Positions 1-9,453 are shown, counted from the stretch's first letter. The stretch: 64,000 nucleotides of DNA from an uncultured Pseudobdellovibrionaceae bacterium (GCA_964628445.1 CAZVOP010000002.1:20421-84420), one strand, 5' to 3'. Numbers and translations are program-made. The notes: generated by a model from the letters alone, not told the origin.

Positions 1-595
1 TCGAATCTCGCGCCTGCAACAGGTCGCGCGAGATCTCGATCAGTTTATCGGAGAGCTTATTGATCTGCCCATGTTTGGCCCCTTTGATTTTCGAAAAAAC
101 CCTGAACTCCAAAACAAATTGGGAAACTGGATCGTAAAAATTAAAATAGGAAGACCAATACTCGAGCTGATCATAAGAGCAAGCGCCAAAAACTTTACGC
201 CCGTTCGCCCCGGCCAAAACACCCTTGACCGTTTTCCCGCCAACTTTAAAACTGAACGGTCGCGGCTTTAAAGTTTTGTCGCAAGTGATGACGTCGGTGA
301 TTTGACCTTCATAAGGATTGCGGCGCGCCGCGAATATATTTTGGATATTGGCGAACTGCACTTCACACATTTGTGTAGCAGCATTCTCATCTTGGATTTG
401 CGTGCCCCTGGCCTGCACTTCAAGATCCGGCCCCTCAAAAACCGAACTGAATCCGGCTGCGCCATCCGATTTCGATTGGGCCTCATTGGTTTTTAAATGA
501 AAGCGGTGATTCAATTCAAAGTGAGTGGCGGGAATAGTTTGCGAAAAAACGCCGATCGAGAAAATCAAATATGTGAGGATTTGAAGTGGCGGCAT
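1..595 (-). CDS. hypothetical secreted protein, 3' end cut by window edge
   Basis: Not in the ORF track because there is no stop inside the window. From ATG (complement of 593-595) the minus-strand frame stays open for 198 codons down to position 2; I checked every triplet for tta/cta/tca. The product begins MPPLQILTYLIFSIGVFSQT, which is signal-peptide-like. It is co-oriented with the 635-1309 gene, 39 nt downstream. Confidence 0.5.
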   Translation of the reverse strand, partial: MPPLQILTYLIFSIGVFSQTIPATHFELNHRFHLKTNEAQSKSDGAAGFSSVFEGPDLEVQARGTQIQDENAATQMCEVQFANIQNIFAARRNPYEGQITDVITCDKTLKPRPFSFKVGGKTVKGVLAGANGRKVFGACSYDQLEYWSSYFNFYDPVSQFVLEFRVFSKIKGAKHGQINKLSDKLIEISRDLLQARDS

Positions 596-634
596 AAGCG
601 CAACCATACCCGAGGGCCAGGACCGAGTCTACTG

Positions 635-1309
635 TTAGCCGCCGCCCCGGCGACGACCGCCGGCGCCTCCACCATTACCGCCGCCCCGTTGTTTCCCGCC
701 GCCAGCGCCTTGGCCTTTATGCTTTCCCATTTTATTGCGGCCGCGACCCGCTTTTTGCCCTGCCCCAGAAGCATTTGCCCCTGCCCCGGCATTGGAGCCC
801 GAAGCCACGCCGTTCTTTTTGCCGGGCCATGTTTTTTCTGCACCGCCGGAGGGAGCATTGTTTTTACCTTCTAATGGCGGAAGTCCTCGCGCCACGCGTT
901 CTTGGATCTCTGTTCTCCAGGCGGGGTCTGCTTTAATGGCACAGCAAAGCTCGTTCACATTTTTCAGTGCGGACTTTTCCCAGATTTTATCGTCCCAGGG
1001 ATTAATCAGAAATCGCCCGTCGCTGAGATGCTTTTCACCATTCTCGATCCATACCTTCTCTTCACTCATCAGATCTTCGCGGCGCTGACTGATCGCCAGC
1101 AACGGGTTGATTTGCGCTTCGAGCTTATTGGCGCGATTGAGAAAATCTTTTTCGGCGCGCTCGGCGGCGCTCAAACCATCGATGCGCGCAGTGCTTAAAT
1201 AAACCTCGATCGCCGTGCGCTCGTGCGAAGTCAGCTCCGCCGAAGCCGCACCACTAAATAAAATGAGTATTGATAAGAGTTTACTGCCCGCCACTGGCGC
1301 CACCGGCAT
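635..1309 (-). CDS. hypothetical secreted protein with Gly/Arg-rich C-terminal tail
   Basis: 224-aa ORF with a hydrophobic N-terminus (LLSILILFSGAASA). The last ~65 aa are almost only G/A/N/K/R (GRGRNKMGKHKGQGAGGGKQRGGGNGGGAGGRRRGGG). No family recognised. Confidence 0.65.
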   Translation of the reverse strand: MPVAPVAGSKLLSILILFSGAASAELTSHERTAIEVYLSTARIDGLSAAERAEKDFLNRANKLEAQINPLLAISQRREDLMSEEKVWIENGEKHLSDGRFLINPWDDKIWEKSALKNVNELCCAIKADPAWRTEIQERVARGLPPLEGKNNAPSGGAEKTWPGKKNGVASGSNAGAGANASGAGQKAGRGRNKMGKHKGQGAGGGKQRGGGNGGGAGGRRRGGG

Positions 1310-1856
1310 CTTGCTTATTCGTCGTGGGACCCGAGTCTCCGTCCGGAGAGTTCACGTCATCCTCGCCGTCCGGGAATTTTTGTCCGGCAGCACCACTCGC
1401 CTCGCCGGCGCGGCCGCCTGAGCTACGCGGAGAGCTTCGAACCTGGGTGATACCCGCACAGGCGGCCGCTGTCGCCATACGCAGACGTGTAAGCTCGCCC
1501 TTACGTTTATGCTCCATAATCTCCGCGGTGCTCGTGCGCTGTTCGCGAATCTTATTGCCGATAAAAACCCGGCGTTTTTCAACAAGAGCATTTGCTTCCA
1601 AATATTGTTGCTGATCCAAAGCTTTAAATTTCGCTTCGAATTCCTCAAGCCGCGTATTTAACGGCGCGAGATAACTCGCTGAGGCCGCGCCCGGGCCGCT
1701 GAGTTTTTGGTCGATGTAAGCTTTGACTTCCGGACTAAGCTGGACCGGCCCACAGGCCACCGCTCCCCCCGGTTTAGAGAAATAGTGAAAAGCGAAGTAC
1801 CCGCCCCCCACCAAAACCAAAATGCCAAGTAAGATTTCAAGACGTCCAGTCTTCAA
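1281..1856 (-). CDS. hypothetical membrane-anchored protein
   Basis: 191-aa ORF with a single N-terminal TM helix (LEILLGILVLVGGGYFAFHYF) and a Gly/Ser/Asp-rich tail. It overlaps the downstream gene by 29 nt. Confidence 0.65.
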   Translation of the reverse strand: MKTGRLEILLGILVLVGGGYFAFHYFSKPGGAVACGPVQLSPEVKAYIDQKLSGPGAASASYLAPLNTRLEEFEAKFKALDQQQYLEANALVEKRRVFIGNKIREQRTSTAEIMEHKRKGELTRLRMATAAACAGITQVRSSPRSSGGRAGEASGAAGQKFPDGEDDVNSPDGDSGPTTNKQDAGGASGGQ

Positions 1857-1920
1857 AATGATTAACCTCAGTCTTGAAGTTTACATAGAAGGATGTCGCC
1901 TTTGCAACCCGAGCAGGACC

Positions 1921-2898
1921 TTAGTTCCCGCCGCCGGCTGGTCCAGCGGGTCCTGCCCCTCCGCCGCCGCCGCCAAATGTCGGTGCTGGCGTAATGATCG
2001 GCGCATTGTAACCAGATCCTAACGATGGCCCTGATCCGCATACCCTCTGACAATTGCATTTGGGCTGATTGTTGTTATCGAATCCATCCATGTAAGCAAT
2101 CACCGCGATACCTTTTTGTGGCCCTCCAGGGCACGTGACGACTGGGCAATTGTCAGAAGTGCCATAGCCTTGGTCGGTGACTGCTCGGGTCAAATCGCAT
2201 GAAATCTGCTTGTTCTCCGCGACAACGACATCGCATTCCTGCAAGTGACTTGTCGTATCAAAAACACCCATGATGGGAATAGTGCGTGCGCGAAAAGCAC
2301 CGCCGAGCCACGGGGTAGAACCTCCCGGCCCACTAAACTGAATTACTACGTCAAGCGGAATGGCCCGCCAAGTTTCGCCATTATTTTTAACGACGTTCGT
2401 GACGGAAGGCGCCTCCGGAGTGCCGTCTGAATTGGTGTCGCGAGTCTGAATCTTAATACTGGAAACATAGAGAGCGGGCGTGATTCTGTTGTATTGCGCG
2501 CCAGTGAGGGGGTTGACTGATTGCTCCGCCGAAACTAGCCGGGTGGCGACGGCATCCGCCTGAAGATTCCAAAGTTGCAACATTTGCACCGAAATCGAGT
2601 TGGTCGCGACAGGATCCCATTGGATAGGCGCACCATTATAGCTCGCGCGAATGGCGTGATCGCATAGACCTTTTTGCGCCAAAACCCCCTGAACAAACCG
2701 TTGCAAGTTGTCCGTCTCACTCTGAATACTTGCTCGCTGCATAACGCGAGTCATGCCTTCATAAATGGAAGCCAAGGTCGCGGCAACAATGCCCATAACG
2801 GCGACGGCGATAAGGACACCGATCAGAGTCATTCCACGTTGTGATTTCACATTTACCTCATATGCTTTCCAGGGCTTGGTGTCAGTCATTTCTTTCAT
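1921..2898 (-). CDS. prepilin-type N-terminal domain protein (pseudopilin-like, Glu5 replaced), paralog B
   Basis: The leader MKEMTDTKPWKAYEVNVKSQRG is followed by MTLIGVLIAVAVMGIVAATLASIY, a class III signal-like segment. The start was chosen at 2898 because it forms an ATGA overlap with the stop of the upstream paralog. The protein has 8 Cys and ends GGGGGGAGPAGPAGGGN. Confidence 0.7.
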   Translation of the reverse strand: MKEMTDTKPWKAYEVNVKSQRGMTLIGVLIAVAVMGIVAATLASIYEGMTRVMQRASIQSETDNLQRFVQGVLAQKGLCDHAIRASYNGAPIQWDPVATNSISVQMLQLWNLQADAVATRLVSAEQSVNPLTGAQYNRITPALYVSSIKIQTRDTNSDGTPEAPSVTNVVKNNGETWRAIPLDVVIQFSGPGGSTPWLGGAFRARTIPIMGVFDTTSHLQECDVVVAENKQISCDLTRAVTDQGYGTSDNCPVVTCPGGPQKGIAVIAYMDGFDNNNQPKCNCQRVCGSGPSLGSGYNAPIITPAPTFGGGGGGAGPAGPAGGGN

Positions 2899-3908
2899 GG
2901 AAGAAGGCAAACGTTCGTATGAAATAATCCTTTTGGGGCTGGACCTGAAATGCAGCGTTCATTCTCAGTGGGGCACTGATCGTGCACCGGCTGCGTGCAC
3001 GCAGGCCAAGGACCAAGAGGCTGGGCGGTCGGATCCTGTTTCCAAATAAAAGGCCAGCGGCCACAAATTCTTTGGCAATCGCACAGCGGCTGGCCCGTGC
3101 TCGTAAAACCTCTTAAAAAAACCACACTCCCCAGATCCTTGGGCAGCTCTGCAGGACATGTCGCTGGCGGGCACGCGGCATGTCCCGAATCAAAGTTAGC
3201 CCGCTGTTGATCAACCAAAGTATTGCCCGAATAACATTCGCTTTGGCGACTGCCTGCGATGGAATCGTCACAGCGGACAATATTATTTGCGATATCCACG
3301 ACAGCGACAAAGGGAATGATCCGCGGCTTAAACGCTCCCCCCATCCATTCCGTCCCCGGGATCGGTTTATTTGCGCCGTCGACCGGCCCGCGAAACTCAA
3401 TCCTCAGTTCTGCCGGAACGTTGACAAAATCTTGGCCCTGAAATTTTACTTTTACCTCAGTTGCTGGATCCGGAAACCCGTCGCCATTCAGGTCTCGCGT
3501 CTGCAAAGAAATCTTATCGATGAACAAGCCGTCGGTAATCTTATTGGCTCCAGCAACTGAAGACGCGACAGCATAAGGCGCGGAAATACTGTCATTCATT
3601 ACAACCATATCTATAGTTCTTTGAGTGTAAGGCTTCGGCCAGTTGATCAACCCCCCGCCCGAAGTTCTCAGCGCATTGCCGCAAAATAATCTTTGCGCCA
3701 TCAAATCCTGCACCTTCTTTTGCAGATTATCGACTTCACGTTGCATGGAGGAGCGTCTCATGACCTTGCCCATGTTCTCATACATCGTGGCCAAGATCAG
3801 AACCAGCACGCCGACAATGGCGACGGAGATCAGCGCGCTGATGATGCTCACGCCGCGATTTGAGCCCAGATTAAACTTACTCAAGTATTTCACTGATCGG
3901 CTTCCCAT
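2895..3908 (-). CDS. prepilin-type N-terminal domain protein (pseudopilin-like, Glu5 replaced), paralog A
   Basis: The leader MGSRSVKYLSKFNLGSNRG is followed by VSIISALISVAIVGVLVLILATMY. It shares these blocks with paralog B: YE.M..VM.R.S.Q.E.DNLQ, QTRD.N.DG.P, W.GGAF..R.IP, TCP, QP.C.CQR.CG. It has 12 Cys. Confidence 0.7.
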   Translation of the reverse strand: MGSRSVKYLSKFNLGSNRGVSIISALISVAIVGVLVLILATMYENMGKVMRRSSMQREVDNLQKKVQDLMAQRLFCGNALRTSGGGLINWPKPYTQRTIDMVVMNDSISAPYAVASSVAGANKITDGLFIDKISLQTRDLNGDGFPDPATEVKVKFQGQDFVNVPAELRIEFRGPVDGANKPIPGTEWMGGAFKPRIIPFVAVVDIANNIVRCDDSIAGSRQSECYSGNTLVDQQRANFDSGHAACPPATCPAELPKDLGSVVFLRGFTSTGQPLCDCQRICGRWPFIWKQDPTAQPLGPWPACTQPVHDQCPTENERCISGPAPKGLFHTNVCLLP

Positions 3909-5943
3909 CCGGAACGTAAGTTGGCTTCACATTCAAAAGTTTCATCACCGTGGGATACTGCTCAATATGACTTATTGGCCGCTTCATTTCATAGTTTTTC
4001 TTAACACCTGGACCAACAATTATAAAAGGCGTCCATAGACCCTTTTCCTGATCCGTCAAAATGCCCTGCTTGTAACCCGCTTTAAGCGAGCCCACGAAAA
4101 CCTTCAAATCCGACGTCACGTCTTCAATCCAACCATAACCGGCCCGATTGGCAACCACCAAATCGCCGACGCGCTCCGCAGGAAGCCCCCAATCTTTAGC
4201 TTCCTCGCGAGTATGAATCGCGGCTAGCGGTTTTTCACCGTCGGCATCCCTTAAATTTTCCAATGCTTCGGCGACTTGCGCACGAAATTTTTTATATTCC
4301 GCACCCGACGCCGGCCAATAATCCCCGCCTAAGCCTTTTGGGTTTACGAAAATGTGATTCATGTTGAGAAACACGACGCGTGTTTTATCCCAATCAATGC
4401 GCAAAGTGTCGGTCGCGGGATCGCGCGAAAATTTCAGCCAACCTTTGCTGGCAAAAAAATTATTGAGGCGGACTTCATAATTCAACGGCACCGCGCCATG
4501 ATCCGAACTGAGCACCACATAAGCCGAGCCGTCCCGGGCATCCATGGCCTGGCCGATCATCTCATCGACATGCCGGTACATCGCAAGCACTTCGCCCCAC
4601 AACTGCTCACGCTCGGACTCTTTATAGCTTGCGTATTTTTTAGCGTGTGGATCCAGCGCTCCCATCCACCAGCGGCTGGTCAGCATTTGGTTCGGCGAAT
4701 AAATGCTTTGAATGAAAACATCCTGCCGGCCGTTTTGCAAAAAATAGTTCTCAGCCTGTTTGTGCCAGGCAAAAGACATCTCCGACTCTTCAAGGAAGGT
4801 GGCTTTGTCTTCATCAAAATAAATCAGCTGAGGGGGGAAATTATCGACAAAATCAACCATGGGTCCCGCCGCTTTATGCAAGTCCTCACTGATGTTATTC
4901 GGCACGGCGACGCTTTCATTCAACCCGTCATACAAAACTCGGAAACGAAAAAAACCTTTTTTGCCCAGCTTTTCAACTTTCACCCGGGTTTGAGTGGGAA
5001 AGGTAAGGCTCGACATATCCTGCTCGATGCCCAACCTTTGCGGCATGTCCATCTGGTAATTCTGTTGCAAGCGATAAACTAACTTCAACTCGAACCAGCT
5101 GCTCCAATGGCCCTCGTCCAAACTAAATAATATCTGTTTTTTATCCAACGAGAACACGGCGCGGTCATAATTTTCGACACCGTCATCCAAGGTGTCGATC
5201 AAGAGCGCGAATAAATCCGCGTCCCAGCTGCGTAAGTTCACCTCAAGAGGGGGCGAATAGCTCTTGGGCAAATCCATCGCCCAGCCTTCTGGCTTGCGAC
5301 TGCCGATGAATTCGGTCAGTTTTTTTCCGATTTGGAAAACCTTGTCGTTCCACCCTAAGTTTTCGCGAAAATCCACATCGTCATTCGAATGAAAAATAAG
5401 ATTGGGGAATTCAACGCCCCACCCGCCCCAGCGGCCTTTGACCACGGCGCCGCGGGTCAACTCGGGCGGAGTGGATCCGGGAATGGAAAGCAAACTGACG
5501 ACCCAGCCCGCCTGCTCGAGCGTAAACCAAAACGGGTCCAGGGTTTTGGCGACGGAACTAAAGCCTGTGCGCGGAACGATTTTTAACGGATAGCCAGGAA
5601 CGCGGATCGGGCCGTCGGCGACGCCGTGACGAATCGGCATCACGCCGGTGAAGAGGGTCGCGAAATTGACTGGAGTGTGACTGGGAAAAACCGGGATCGA
5701 ATAGCCGTATGAGCCCTCATCCATCATGCGCTTGATGTTGGGCAGCTTCCCCTCTCGCGCCCATTTGAAAAGCTGAAACAAATCCGGATCGGCGCGCAGA
5801 CCGTCGGGCACAAACCAATACAGCTTCCATGAGCGAGTCGGCCCGGGCGCCTTATGTTGCCGCGCAACAATAATAATGGAGATGCCGAGGAGAAGACTCC
5901 CGACTATGATGAGCAACCATCTTTTCATTTGAAGGGTCAGCAT
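3877..5943 (-). CDS. alkaline-phosphatase superfamily enzyme, nucleotide pyrophosphatase/phosphodiesterase type, N-terminal membrane anchor
   Basis: 688 aa. Motifs: WFVPDGLRAD, FPSHTPVNFATLFTGVMPIRHG (Thr nucleophile context) and VVLSSDHGA. N-terminal TM segment WLLIIVGSLLLGISIIIV. The start could instead be ATG at 5928 (MKRW...). Confidence 0.8.
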   Translation of the reverse strand: MLTLQMKRWLLIIVGSLLLGISIIIVARQHKAPGPTRSWKLYWFVPDGLRADPDLFQLFKWAREGKLPNIKRMMDEGSYGYSIPVFPSHTPVNFATLFTGVMPIRHGVADGPIRVPGYPLKIVPRTGFSSVAKTLDPFWFTLEQAGWVVSLLSIPGSTPPELTRGAVVKGRWGGWGVEFPNLIFHSNDDVDFRENLGWNDKVFQIGKKLTEFIGSRKPEGWAMDLPKSYSPPLEVNLRSWDADLFALLIDTLDDGVENYDRAVFSLDKKQILFSLDEGHWSSWFELKLVYRLQQNYQMDMPQRLGIEQDMSSLTFPTQTRVKVEKLGKKGFFRFRVLYDGLNESVAVPNNISEDLHKAAGPMVDFVDNFPPQLIYFDEDKATFLEESEMSFAWHKQAENYFLQNGRQDVFIQSIYSPNQMLTSRWWMGALDPHAKKYASYKESEREQLWGEVLAMYRHVDEMIGQAMDARDGSAYVVLSSDHGAVPLNYEVRLNNFFASKGWLKFSRDPATDTLRIDWDKTRVVFLNMNHIFVNPKGLGGDYWPASGAEYKKFRAQVAEALENLRDADGEKPLAAIHTREEAKDWGLPAERVGDLVVANRAGYGWIEDVTSDLKVFVGSLKAGYKQGILTDQEKGLWTPFIIVGPGVKKNYEMKRPISHIEQYPTVMKLLNVKPTYVPDGKPISEILE

Positions 5944-6860
5944 TGCTTAAACTTTTCTCTCTGCCGATTGTCATCGGCATTACTCTTGGGATCGTCTTTC
6001 CTTACCAGTCCATGTCGATGGTTTGGTTGAGTTCGGTGTTTTTAGTGCTCTTGTTTCTATTCAATACTTTGGCCATCGATCCGAAGCAACTTTTCAAGAT
6101 ATCCAAGAGCGAATGGCGGCAATCGTTAGTGACGATGACGCTGATCTTTCTCATCTTGCCCATGATGCAGGCGGCGGCGGCGTTAACTTTTTTAAAGGAT
6201 CGGGATTTTGCCCTGGGCGTCGTGGTGGCCAGCTGCGCCCCCTCGGCTTTGGTGATTCCGTTTTTTTCGCGGCTACGCGGCGGCAACGCGCCTTTGGCGC
6301 TGGTGAACGTGGTGGCCTCTTCGTTGATGTGCCCGGTGATGATCGTCGCCGTTCTTTATATGACCGGGTTGAATTCCGTGTTTATCGACGTGCGCGCCCT
6401 TGGACTTTATCTGTTCGCGCTGACGGCTCTCCCCCTGCTGCTGAGCCTAATTCTGATCTGGTGGAGACCGAAGATTTCCGCAACTGTCGCGCCAAGCTTG
6501 CCGTACCTAAATTCTTTTTTACTTGCCGCCCTTATGTTTATCTTGGTCGGCTGCTCGCTGAATCAATTCCCCATCCGTCTCCTTTGGAGCGGCGATTTAT
6601 TGCCTCTGCTGGTCTTCTTCGCGCTCACCGAATTTGGGATTTACTTTGCGGCGCATCAGTGCGCTAGACTTTTTATTGGGTCCTCCGACAGTGAGACGAT
6701 GGCTTTAAGTCTGTCCACTCGAAATTTCGCGGTCAGCGCCAGTCTACTTCTGTTTTTTTATCCCAAAGCCGCGATTCCGTCGGCCATCGGCCTGATGATC
6801 CATGCGGGATTTTTCCAATGGCTGGCCCTAAATAAGAAGAATGACAAGGCCGCGAACTAA
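5943..6860 (+). CDS. polytopic membrane transporter, bile acid:Na+ symporter (BASS/SBF)-like
   Basis: 305 aa with about 9-10 hydrophobic helices. The segment ASCAPSALVIPFFSRLRGGNAPLAL resembles the BASS signature region. The TTG start at 5943 abuts the divergent gene's ATG, so the true start may be ATG at 6012. Confidence 0.55.
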   Translation: MLKLFSLPIVIGITLGIVFPYQSMSMVWLSSVFLVLLFLFNTLAIDPKQLFKISKSEWRQSLVTMTLIFLILPMMQAAAALTFLKDRDFALGVVVASCAPSALVIPFFSRLRGGNAPLALVNVVASSLMCPVMIVAVLYMTGLNSVFIDVRALGLYLFALTALPLLLSLILIWWRPKISATVAPSLPYLNSFLLAALMFILVGCSLNQFPIRLLWSGDLLPLLVFFALTEFGIYFAAHQCARLFIGSSDSETMALSLSTRNFAVSASLLLFFYPKAAIPSAIGLMIHAGFFQWLALNKKNDKAAN

Positions 6861-6905
6861 TGTGAACATCTTTGCAGTGAACTCAAAAATACTTGGAGTG
6901 TGTCC

Positions 6906-7976
6906 ATGATGTCTCGTTATTCGACCGTGCTCGCATTTTTGATGCTTTCCGCCGGCCAAACGGCCTTGGCCAAAACACAAACAGTCAGCGTCTGCCTGCC
7001 GGCATTTCGCGAAGAACTGACGACCCTTGCCGTATTGGCCGCCGAAGACCTCGGCTCCTTCTCACGCCAAGGCATAAAGATCGACATCAAGCTTAAAGGT
7101 CCGCTTGAGCGCGAGCCCTATTCGATCAAGCAATCGACGCCCGATCTCGGCATGAGTGACTTAAAGGTTTCGCAAAATGTCGCCAAAGGCCACTGCGACT
7201 TCGGAACAAGCGTCGTCGACACGATGATCGTGGCTCCCACCGATATCCTTGAGGCCACCGAACCGGTTCTGGTCAGCTCCTACAATAAAGATTACGACAC
7301 TCATCTCGTCGTCGCGAAAAACTCGCCGATCAAAACTTTAAAAGACCTCAAAGGTAAACGCATTCGCATGGGCCAAATTCCAAACGGCATGGCTCTTGAC
7401 GGGTTATTGAAAAAAGAGGGCCTGAGTCTAAAAGATGTGGAACAGGTTCACTTCGTTCCCGTGACGCAAGTTTTGGCCATGCTCGAAAACGGGAAGCTCG
7501 ACGCCGCCATCACCTATGTCCCCACCATGCCTTACATGTTGGCCAGCGGAAAAGTCCGTGTATTGAGTCAAAATTTGCTGGGCAATTTGACCGGCGAGCC
7601 GCTTCCCCACTCTTTAATCGTGGTGAACAAAAAATTTCGCACGAAAAATCCGGAGCTCTTCAAGAGTTTCATGACGGCGCTTGATGAGGCGCAAAAGCAT
7701 TTCGCGCGCAACCCCAGTCAGATCGCGGCCACCCTTTCAAAACATTCCAAGTTCTTACGCGCGGGAGAGTGGAAGCTCGATCCGGTCGTGACCGAAAGAT
7801 CCGGCGCTTATATCGGCAAAATCAATTTAGCGGATTTGACGAAGGATGAGCCGGCACGTTTGCAAGTGGCCAACGGGGTTCGCGCTTACACGGGAAAATT
7901 GAAAGCCGCGAAATACTTTGAGCACACCAACGATCTCTCGCGCTGGTTTGGCGCAAACGTCCAAGCGGCGCTCTAA
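6906..7976 (+). CDS. periplasmic substrate-binding protein, NMT1/THI5 (SsuA/TauA-like) family
   Basis: Signal peptide MMSRYSTVLAFLMLSAGQTALA. The segment KGKRIRMGQIPNGMALDGLLKKEGLSLKDVEQVHFVPVTQVLAMLENGKLDAAITYVP is typical of this SBP family. TGGAG lies 7 nt before ATG 6906. Confidence 0.7.
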   Translation: MMSRYSTVLAFLMLSAGQTALAKTQTVSVCLPAFREELTTLAVLAAEDLGSFSRQGIKIDIKLKGPLEREPYSIKQSTPDLGMSDLKVSQNVAKGHCDFGTSVVDTMIVAPTDILEATEPVLVSSYNKDYDTHLVVAKNSPIKTLKDLKGKRIRMGQIPNGMALDGLLKKEGLSLKDVEQVHFVPVTQVLAMLENGKLDAAITYVPTMPYMLASGKVRVLSQNLLGNLTGEPLPHSLIVVNKKFRTKNPELFKSFMTALDEAQKHFARNPSQIAATLSKHSKFLRAGEWKLDPVVTERSGAYIGKINLADLTKDEPARLQVANGVRAYTGKLKAAKYFEHTNDLSRWFGANVQAAL

Positions 7977-9361
7977 TCCTCACGGCAAGATTCGTTAAAA
8001 AGAGGTGTCGTGGCGCCATAGGCGCCCGGTAGCTTCAATTGAAATTCATAGCGGTACCAAAGCGTAAAATTCTTTAACCGGGTCTGGTTTATCCGCCACC
8101 ATTTTTGACAAAAGTAATTCGCCAATTGAGCCCTCACCTCGGGCTTCAATGATATCCCGCCATGATAGCGACTTCGTACAAACGACAGCCAACGCGAGTT
8201 CGGCAGCCGGCTTGCGTAATTCTCCGGCCTAGTGAAAAGCGGAGGTTCCGCCTTCATTGTGAAGAGATCCACTTTATCGCCGTTCACCGTTTCTCCTTCG
8301 GCCACATAGATCCCGGCTTCGGGCGCGGGCGCCGGCGAAAACATTGTCCAGCGTTGATCAAGCCCAAGCGTGCGCACAAGTCTCGCGAGAGGGCGGGGAA
8401 AATTATCTTTGTAGTCAAAAAGCGTATGAAAATTCCAGAACAGCAAAATTAAAAATGAAGCCGCCGCCGCAGCTTGGATCAGCGGATCCAGCGGACGCAA
8501 GCGATCTGTCTTCACGCACATCCGAAACGGTTTTAAGATCCTAAACGACTCCAACTCACGCCAAAATTCGCCGGGCAACAGAAGCAATAAAAAAACGATA
8601 TCGAAAAATCCGAACAAACCGATACGCAGGCTCATTACGAACAGCACATGCATCAATGCGAACGAAAAGAATAAAAATATTCTGAACGGAGCGAAGAACC
8701 AGGGGCTAAAAAAGAAAAACGGGCCGATGCGCTCCAACAGCAACACGCCGATGGAACTCAATTGCAGAATCGGCAGCGGAAGATTGCCCAGTTGATGCCC
8801 AAAGGCCGAGGTGAACGTATCCCCCTTCAAGGCGTTGTAGACGCCCAAACCTTGGATCACCCAAACATCAAACGATTTAAAAAAGCCGGTGAACACATAA
8901 ATAATAGCGATCTGCCCTAGCACGCCCGCTGAGGCGAAGCTGGTGAATTCCGTCGCCTCGTCCCCGGGCTTTCGCCCCACCGGCAAAAAGAGGGACCAAA
9001 AGAGCATCACCAGCATCAACTGATCGGCGCCGAAAAAAATTTCCGGCGTGCGTAGCGTAAAAGAAAATAAAATAGAATAGGCCACGACCACGGAGAGACG
9101 CGGAAAAAAATTGCGGACTAAGTTTATCCCGCATGCGGCCAGCAAAAACCACAGAAACAAAATATACCCGTATGCGGTGGAAACACTCAGTAAGCTTGGA
9201 AAAACGGGAGGGTTTGAAGCCAAGCCCCCATCCGATAAAAAATCCCAATTGGCCGGCAAAAAACTAAGAGTGTGGAAAAGCAACGCCACCCCAATCCCAA
9301 TGCGAAACAGCCGCAAGGACCGGTAATCGATGGAAAAGGCGCGCTTCAGACGGTGGTGCAT
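7973..9361 (-). CDS. HTTM domain (vitamin K-dependent gamma-carboxylase-like) membrane protein
   Basis: 462 aa. The N-terminus SIDYRSLRLFRIGIGVALLFHTL and the multi-TM layout fit the HTTM domain. Read by eye only. Confidence 0.6.
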   Translation of the reverse strand: MHHRLKRAFSIDYRSLRLFRIGIGVALLFHTLSFLPANWDFLSDGGLASNPPVFPSLLSVSTAYGYILFLWFLLAACGINLVRNFFPRLSVVVAYSILFSFTLRTPEIFFGADQLMLVMLFWSLFLPVGRKPGDEATEFTSFASAGVLGQIAIIYVFTGFFKSFDVWVIQGLGVYNALKGDTFTSAFGHQLGNLPLPILQLSSIGVLLLERIGPFFFFSPWFFAPFRIFLFFSFALMHVLFVMSLRIGLFGFFDIVFLLLLLPGEFWRELESFRILKPFRMCVKTDRLRPLDPLIQAAAAASFLILLFWNFHTLFDYKDNFPRPLARLVRTLGLDQRWTMFSPAPAPEAGIYVAEGETVNGDKVDLFTMKAEPPLFTRPENYASRLPNSRWLSFVRSRYHGGISLKPEVRAQLANYFCQKWWRINQTRLKNFTLWYRYEFQLKLPGAYGATTPLFNESCRED

Positions 9362-9453
9362 GTAGACTTGGAACCTATGGCGAGATCCGGCGCCAGTAAA
9401 GTAAAGCGGATGACTCTGCGCTTCAGCAGGCCAAACTGTAGTAGAGTGGCCGA

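Noticed and set aside
4354-5082. 242-aa ORF antisense to the AlkP-family gene
   Set aside because: It has no motifs and is fully embedded in a gene with clear family signatures on the other strand.
5928-6012. Divergent AlkP-family and BASS-like genes appear to share position 5943 (zero intergenic distance)
   Set aside because: This is most likely a start-codon artefact. ATG 5928 and ATG 6012 would give an ordinary ~80-nt divergent promoter region, so it is not treated as a biological oddity.
6023-6667. 214-aa alternative-frame ORF inside the BASS-like transporter gene
   Set aside because: It is Arg/Gly/Asp-rich and non-membrane-like, whereas the other frame gives regular TM helices.
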